From the NCBI GenBank assembly GCA_951406725.2, contig OX597825.1:46934001-46998000 (forward strand): DNA of 64,000 nt, given 5' to 3'. Numbering within the stretch: the first letter of the stretch is position 1; every line of letters starts with the position of its first letter. Made by a program: the position numbers and the translations under genes. The stretch is from Octopus vulgaris. Its lineage: Eukaryota. Under the pieces are notes generated by a model that worked only from the letters and a program-made list of their open reading frames with translations, searched no databases and was not told where the DNA came from. This document shows positions 56,461-64,000 of the stretch, one piece after another.

Positions 56461-57539
56461 CTTTTACTCCGTGTTTTAGTATATTTAACCGGCGAACTCT
56501 AATGTTTTGAATTTGTTTACGTGATGGTTCGTTTACTAAAGATTAGTAAGAATATCTGCAGTGTACTTTGTTAATATAATGCCACTTACACGTCTAATTC
56601 ATATACATGTATGTGCGAATTTGTGGGGGTTTTGCTATCTGTGCGTGCGCGTGTGATGACGCGTAAAAGATTTCTGCCTTTTCCTCTCTTTATTTCTTTA
56701 CTTATATATTTATCTACGTATTTGCCTATTGAACAACATAACGAACAAACTATGTGAATTATCCAAGTGACATTTTTATGATTCGTTCTAGAATAATCCA
56801 GAGGGAAATTTATCAACAACTATATAAATCTACTGAACTTTGCCCTGTGACAAGTTTGATAAGTGCCAACGCAGGAAACTCTCGAACATTGAGTGACTGC
56901 TACTTCCACTAAATATTAATATATATATATATATATATGGTTTCTTAGTATATATCTATATATTATATGTGAGTGAGGAGTGTGTGTTTCTGTATCTATA
57001 TACCTGCCTAAATCACGTCTCTATTATCGGAGCTGTATAGATATTTAGCTCCTTGAACTTTACCGTTACTATAGTAACTTTTCATTAATAATCACTGCAC
57101 TAGAATTAATCGTAGTTGTTTATCAGTAATATTGGCATATAACCGATGGATAAAGATCGATTAACGTAGAATGAATTTCATCAAAAGAAATTGTCAGCTA
57201 ATGTGTGCACAAGTATTAATTTTCTCTTCTCAACACACTGTATATGGTGAATGACATATTGATTAGGAAGTAGCACATCAACTTCGACCGATGGCACTTA
57301 CTGAAGAATTATCAATGTAGTGTCACACTGATAAATATCACTCTGAATATCTCTACTATACAATATTTAAGGTCAATAGAGAATTTTATTTTATTTATAT
57401 TGTGTGCTTTTGTTTGTTTTACAGTCAGTGCTAAGCGTGAATTCGTTTGAGCCGAAAGCATAAAATGTCAAAATGTTCGGGATTTTAATACAGAAGTTTA
57501 CTTTTAATAATATTCATTATTTGAAGCTAAACCGCAAAA

Positions 57540-59405
57540 TATGATTGAGCAAACCAATATAAAAAAAGAGACATAGACACAGAAATCAGAGAATTAAACC
57601 ACAATCACCCATACAAAATATCTAGGAATAGACGAAACAGCTAAAATGCAACACAGAAATGAAAGAGAACATTTGGAGAGAAGAGTTTGACTAATATTAG
57701 ACACTGAACAAAGGCGGCGAGCTGGCAGAAACGTTAGCACGCCGGGCGAAATGCTGTGCAGTATTTCGTCTGCCGCTACATTCTGAGTTCAAATTCCGCC
57801 GAGGTCCACTTTGCCTTTCGTCCTTCAGAGATCAATAAATTAAGTACCAGTTACGCAGTGGAGTCGATTTAATCCGTTTGTCTGTCCTTTTTTTTTGTCC
57901 TCTCTGTGTTTAGTCCCTTGTGGGTAGTAAAGAAATAGGTATTTCATCTGCCGCTACATTATGAGTTCAAATTCCGCCGAGATCGACTTTGCCTTTCATC
58001 CTTTCGGGGTCGATTAAATAAGTATCAGTCACGCGCTGGGGTCGATATAATCGACTTAATCCGTTTGTCTGTTCTTGTTTGTCCCTTTTATGTTTAGTCC
58101 CCTGTGGGCAATAAAGAAATAAGAAACATTAGCACTCCGAACGAAATACTTAGTGGTGTTTCGTCTGTCTTACGTTCTGAGTTCAAATTCCGCCGAGATC
58201 GACTTTGCCTTTCATATCCTTTCAGGGTCAATAAATGAAGTACCAGTTGCGTACTGAGGTCGATCTAATGGGCTGGCCCCCTCCCCCGAAATTTCGGACC
58301 TTGTTCCTGGAGTAGAAAAGAGTATTAAATGCTGAACTTAATGGTAAAAATTAGACAATATCGATAAATACGCTCGCCAAACCAGTCATAAAATAGATTC
58401 AGTATAATAAGCTGGAAGATTAGTGAATTGAGAAACTTAGATATATATGCCAGAAAACTATTAACAGCATCCCGAAGTCACTACCCCCAAAGTAGACACA
58501 GTCAAACATATCTACCTCGCTCAGAAGGAGGTCACAGCCTGACACAGAGAGAGAACTACTATAAAATAACAAAAGCTTGACTAGAAACACACTTAGAAAC
58601 AATTAGTGGAAGACTACTACATGTAATAAAACAACACGAAAAAAGTAGAAATGGACAAAGAGACAAAAATAACATGGAAACAGAACTACAAAACATACCA
58701 AAGAAGAAATGGAGAGAAAAAAACCACTTGACAGAGAAATAAAAGCCAATAATGGCTCGAAAACTCTGAACTAAAAGCAGAAAAGGATGGATTGATTCTT
58801 GCTGCACAAGACTAATGCATGGCAACAAACAGCTATAAAAGCAAAATAATGAAAACAGACCCTAACACCAATTGCAAAATTTGTAACCAACATAGTAAGA
58901 CAGTTGACCATATCCTTTCTTGTTGACTAGTCCTAGCAGATCTGATTATTTATACAGACATGACAGAGTAAGTAGTTATATCCACTGGACAATATGCCAA
59001 AGCTACATCATAAAAACTAACAAGAAATGGTATAAACATGTGCTAAATAAGGTACAAGACAACGACCAGGCCAAAACCATCGGGGATTTACCTGTTCAAA
59101 CTGACAAAGGATGCAAAGGTAATATCCCAGAATTAGTATTCAAGTATTGGTAAAAAAATACCTGCTTATTGATAGACATTGCAGTCCCTTCTGACCCTAG
59201 TATTGTCGAAAAAGAAGTAGAGGAACAGTCAAAATATAAAGATCTCGGAATTGAAGCATTGAAGACGTGAAAACAATACCAGACCATTGGGTATGATAAA
59301 GAAAACACGAGTAAAAGCTATACTTGGACCCCCAACACTACACACTATTTAAAAAATAGCCCTGCTAGGAACAGCCTACGTCCTCCACAAGACACTATCA
59401 ATTTA
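57540..59405 (+). mobile_element. Degraded R4/Dong-like LINE fragment
   Basis: KYLGIDE, LAAQD, CKICNQHSKTVDHI, RHDRVSSYIHWTIC, LLIDIAVPSD, KIALLGTA. Confidence 0.78.
57712..58322 (+). mobile_element. Trimeric tRNA-derived SINE with Meta-like central domain
   Basis: Head ggcggcgagctggcagaa, then three repeats of gagttcaaattccgccgag.tc.actttgcctttc.tcctt...aagtaccag. Degenerate TSD a.tatta.a..ctgaac on both sides. Confidence 0.8.
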
Positions 59406-60049
59406 ATAGTACAACCCAAATAAAACAGTCCACAAACACGATACATTCTCTATACAGTAAATATCGAATAAAATAAATAACCCCGCAACATGTACTCTAC
59501 AGGTCAGTTACCCAACTGAAGAACTCAACTCGCAAAATACACAGCACAAGATACAAACACTAATACAAAAGATTCAAGCCAAACCCCATGACAAAACAGA
59601 CAGATACAATGCCTGGAACAGTTTGCATTACTTTAAAAAATGAAAACCTGACAATCCTGCACACACCTCAGCATTACGGAGGTGTAGCAGTGACGCAGTA
59701 GAAATTTGCCTGAAGCTATCAAAAATCGAATGATAATATATCTATATTGTAATTCTGCTTGTTGGTTTGTACACATGTTACGGTTTAGTTTGTTAGAGAG
59801 AGGAGGTGGAGTGAGTAAGAGGTGGGATGAGAATGACGGAGAGGGAGGGAGAAGAAGAAAGAGGAAGGACGAGGGAATGTGAGAGTGAGAGAAAGGGAAG
59901 GTAGTGGCTGAGATAGCAGATAACCAACCGATGCATTACGCTTCCACGTGGTTAGTGGAAGTGAGAGATGAAGGGAAAGAAAGAAAGAGAGAAAATTGTT
60001 AACGACGTGAAAATTGGAATTACATGATTAAAAAGTTTGCTGAAAAGGT

Positions 60050-60104
<55 letters not shown>

Positions 60105-60136
60105 AGAGATAGATAGATAGATAGATAGATAGAGAG

Positions 60137-60175
<39 letters not shown>

Positions 60176-60614
60176 TGTAAAGTATTTAGCAAAGGGAAAT
60201 TTTAAAATCATATTGTGACTGGAAGTGAGGTAACTTAGCAAAAGAGCTATGGCTGTTCTTTTTAATTTGCAATGCGATTGAAAGTAATCATATAAATAAA
60301 GACATTGTGTATATACTTTATATCATTTTGTGATCATTACATGTATATAATGTAAAGTAATTATGACAAAATATTGCACATCAGGAATATGCAATTACAT
60401 ATTGAGCTTGCAGTTTGAAAAGAATGGCACGTATGTCAAGTATTGTATAGGTTGTCATTGTATATTTATGTATCATTTATTGCACAGGCATCAACAAAAT
60501 ATATATCCAGTAAAAATGCAAATCATCCTTTCTTCCTTAAGTAACCTCTCCTAATTTTTCGTTCTGTAGATCCCCACTCCCCAGTGTATATGTAAAATTT
60601 ACAGATATAACAGG

Positions 60615-61045
60615 CACAGACGTGACTATAATGCTAGAAGTTTGCTTTCCACCATATTGGCTCCATCCTACTACGTGATACCTTGGGCAAGCGGCTTCCA
60701 CTAAAGCCTCGGGCTGACTAAAGGCTTGGGAGTGGATCTGGTACAAGAAAACTGAAAGAAATCCGTCGTATATACAGGCATGCATACATACATAGATACA
60801 AATGTTTCTATGTGTGTGTGTGTGTGTGTATGTGTGTATGTGTGTGTGTGTTTGTGTCTGTGTTTGCCCACACCCCACTTGAAAACCGGTGTTGGTATGC
60901 TTACGTCCCCACAAAAGAGACGGCTAGAAAAGTACCAGGCTATAAGAAATAAGTACTGAGCTCGATTCATTCTATTAAAACTTTTCAAGGCGGTGCCCCA
61001 GCATGGTCACAGTCTAATGACGGAAGCAAGTAAAAGATAAAAGAT
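60615..61045 (+). mobile_element. Diverged tRNA-derived SINE
   Basis: ccttgggcaag...aaactgaaagaa..ccgtcgtatata...aaggcggtgccccagcatgg...aagtaaaagataaaaga. Confidence 0.8.
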
Positions 61046-61437
61046 ATATATTAATGTACTGAGTTCTATTCAAATCGTTTGTTCTACGAAGCCTGTGTGT
61101 GTGCAAGTGTGTGCATGCATGTGTGTAATTGTGTGTTAATGTGCGTGGTGTGTGTGTCTGTATGTCTCAGTGCACTTGAGAACAATGCTGTTGTACTATG
61201 AAATATATTAGTGCAACATTGTGAATAGCTGTTGCGTCGTCATAGACACGTGATATGTCGAGGAAAATGAAAGTGTTTTGTGTGTTTGTGTGTGCCTATG
61301 TGCATCGTAACGTAAGAGTGTAAAAGTGAAGTATAATCAAAAGGATATTTTATGCAATACAAGTGTATATATACAATTAATTTCCAGTAACGCTGTCGTA
61401 ATCTCTTTTATAGAGACTTAGTAATTTTAATATTTAT

Positions 61438-61489
<52 letters not shown>

Positions 61490-61499
61490 GAGAGAGATA

Positions 61500-61890
61500 C
61501 AGTAATCCCTCGACTATCGCGGATGTTACGTTCCAAAACCCTCCGTGATAGGTGGAAATCCGCGAAGTAGTAATAGTACTGTATATATATTTTTATAATC
61601 TTTATAATTTGCATATATTTATTTTATTATAAATGCAAAACAACACCACACTCGCCTCCCGAGTTTCGGTTTCCATACAGTATGTGCGATTGTTTGTTTA
61701 CGGTACAGCACTGTACTGTATATTTATTTATTAGTTTATTAACTTTTAGGCGCGAAAATACTTATTTTACCACTGAAATAATGAAAATCTAAACATATAT
61801 AAATACATATCGGCCGCAGAAACCTGCAACATACTGAGGAGTCCACGATATAAATTTACATATATTAGCCAGAAAAATACACCATGTACT
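61500..61890 (+). mobile_element. Tigger/pogo-like MITE
   Basis: TA-cagtaatccctcgactatcgcgg terminus. The right end is truncated by an LTR. Confidence 0.6.
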
Positions 61891-61900
61891 GAGGGTGATA

Positions 61901-63191
61901 TAGGTTACTGTTGTTGGCAGAGTATCTGGGAATACATCAAGTAGAGACTCTTGGTGTCTGCCCCGTTTCGTAGTACTGTATATATATATCACAGTGTATT
62001 AATGCATGGCACAAAGGTGATATATGCAGAAACTACGTTATAAAAGTGGTGACGAGTGATCCGAAGCTTAATTGGTCATTAACAATTTTTTATGATACAA
62101 AATATTCGTTAATTATCGAAGACCTATTAGCACTTGCTGTTGCAGTTGCAACAGCAACAACAACAGCAGCAACAGGAGTTGCACCAACAACTACAACAGC
62201 TACAACACAATCAGTTGCTGGAACTGATGTTGAAGTCAGGAAACACTGACAGTTCGTTTTCGCCAGATGGCGTAGGAAATGCTATAACTGAATTTAGTTA
62301 TAGCCCAGAAGAGGGTATAACTTTTTCGGCGTACTTCAGAAGATACGTAGAAATCTTCAAGGAAGAATTCAAATGCTGGACAGACGATGAAAATGTGAGA
62401 TTACTATTCCGGAAACTAGGTCCTTCAGAACATAAAAAATACTGCAATCTTCTTTTGCCTAAAAAACAAAAAGTGAATATATAAGAATGGAAGGCAAGGT
62501 TGTGAGGACGATATAGTGACGAAAGAATAGGCTGCATGATGTACATAATAAAAGGTCAACTAGGAGATCACAAACGACATTTAAACCAGTTGAAGACTAG
62601 ACATACAGAAGAAAGAGAAGAAATACCTTTGGAAGTTTGTTATGACCTTTTCGACGTTCCAACGCCAAAAGCGGTTGAACCTAGGCGGATCAGCAATAGA
62701 AGACGTAAACAAAAAAAAACGACTAGAAAATGTCCCTAAGTGAAGGAAGTATAAAAACTTCTGAAGAAATTAAAATCTCATAAAAGGGAGAGGTGATAAT
62801 GAAAAACAGTAAAGAATAAAATGAAATAAACCAGTTGCATTTTCTACAAGAGTCAAATCTCAAAAGGGGAGATGTTATAGCGAGAATCATGACATCCCTT
62901 GTGAGAATGGATCACCCGAACTCGTATAAGTACCAGTGTGATTGACTGAGAGTGAGAAATCGCAGGAAGGCGAAAGGTGTCGTTCGTGTGTTCGTGGAGT
63001 TGCAGGAAATTGTTGAGAAGTTGTTATAGTTCATTGAGAGTTGTTTTGGATTGGTTACAGTTGTTGGCAGAGAATCTGGGAATACATGAAGTGGAGACAG
63101 TTGGTGCCTACCCCATTTCAGGGTACTATATATCACGCTGTATTAGTGCACGACACTAAGGTGACATATACAGAAACTACTTTATAAAACA
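61901..63191 (+). mobile_element. Internally deleted Gypsy (Mag-like) element with two LTRs
   Basis: Partial 5' LTR 61901-62045 matches 63051-63189. PBS tggtgacgag, gag N-terminus (EFSYSPEEGITFSAYFRRY), integrase tail (KRHLNQLK), PPT aaaaggggaga, 3' LTR TG(62874)...CA(63191). Confidence 0.85.
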
Positions 63192-63194
63192 ATG

Positions 63195-64000
63195 TTGATA
63201 AATGAACTATGAGAAAATTGACAAATCTACCAATAAATTCAAGTATGACGTAACAAAAAATGAGTTGGATTACCTCACAAATTTTGTAGTGAAAACAATT
63301 AATCTTTATGGACTTCCTAAAATCCATAAATCCAAATAGATCAGCAATAGTTTAAAATGCCTCCATACACCATATATAAAGATGATTGCTTTATGTTTTG
63401 GAACCAAAATAAGGAGGACCTTACAAAATTTCTTAAATTAATAAATAGCATTGATGTCTCAATCCAATCCACTATGGAAATGAATGAAAAGAAACTCCCC
63501 TTTCTGGACATCCTGTTAATTAAAGAAAATGAGACCGTTACAACTGACCTCTACTGCAAGAACACAGACACTCACCACTATTTAGATTTTAGATCTTGCC
63601 ACCCTTCCCATGCAAAAAAGGAACATACCATTTAATATGGCAAGGCGCATATACTCAATAAGCACAGATACTGTTAGACAAGAGAAACGACTGGTAGAAC
63701 TTAATATACTACTTCAGAAATAAAAGTATTCCAGCAAGTTAATTCAACATGCCATAACAAAAGCAAAGGAAATCTCGACCTCAACCTTACGGAGAAGCAT
63801 TCAGGCTAGGTGTGAAAATAAAAATACAAATACAAATATTCCGTTTGTAGTCACCCACTATCCTAGAAACCACAACGTCCTGCACTTATCCAAACAATAC
63901 CTTCCAATTCTGCATCAGTCACTATGTCTCCAACGAATAATTTTTAAAAAATCACAAATTATCAACAGTTGAAGACAACCACTTAACCTCAAGAGAAACC
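63195..64000 (+). mobile_element. Degraded PLE reverse transcriptase fragment (different PLE clade)
   Basis: FYGLPKIHK, YKDDCFMFW, LPFLDILL, TDLYCKNTDTHHYLDFRSCHPSH. Confidence 0.85.

Overview
AT-rich, microsatellite-dense animal genomic DNA. The SINE types and simple-repeat load suggest an octopus-like cephalopod, which is an inference and not verified. Almost everything is a nested mosaic of transposable elements: Penelope-like elements (PLEs), RTE, CRE-like and R4/Dong-like LINEs, Mag-type Gypsy LTR elements, Helitrons, mariner/Tc1/Tigger fragments and tRNA-derived SINEs. Most short ORFs in the track are microsatellite artefacts. The structure the ORF track misses is an RNA-level system: at least seven hammerhead ribozyme (HHR) motifs, several sitting in fold-back or partial-tandem PLE-type inserts. 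These include a young PLE with a ~1.7-kb near-perfect inverted duplication and a multi-jump 5' junction, a retrozyme-like ~323-bp unit, a tRNA-headed SINE with an HHR-like tail, and a duplicated HHR-like motif whose three strands are in non-circularly permuted order. A possible decayed, intron-containing nucleotidyl-cyclase-like gene lies on the minus strand at ~35.5-40.6 kb. All assignments are by eye and boundaries of old elements are approximate.
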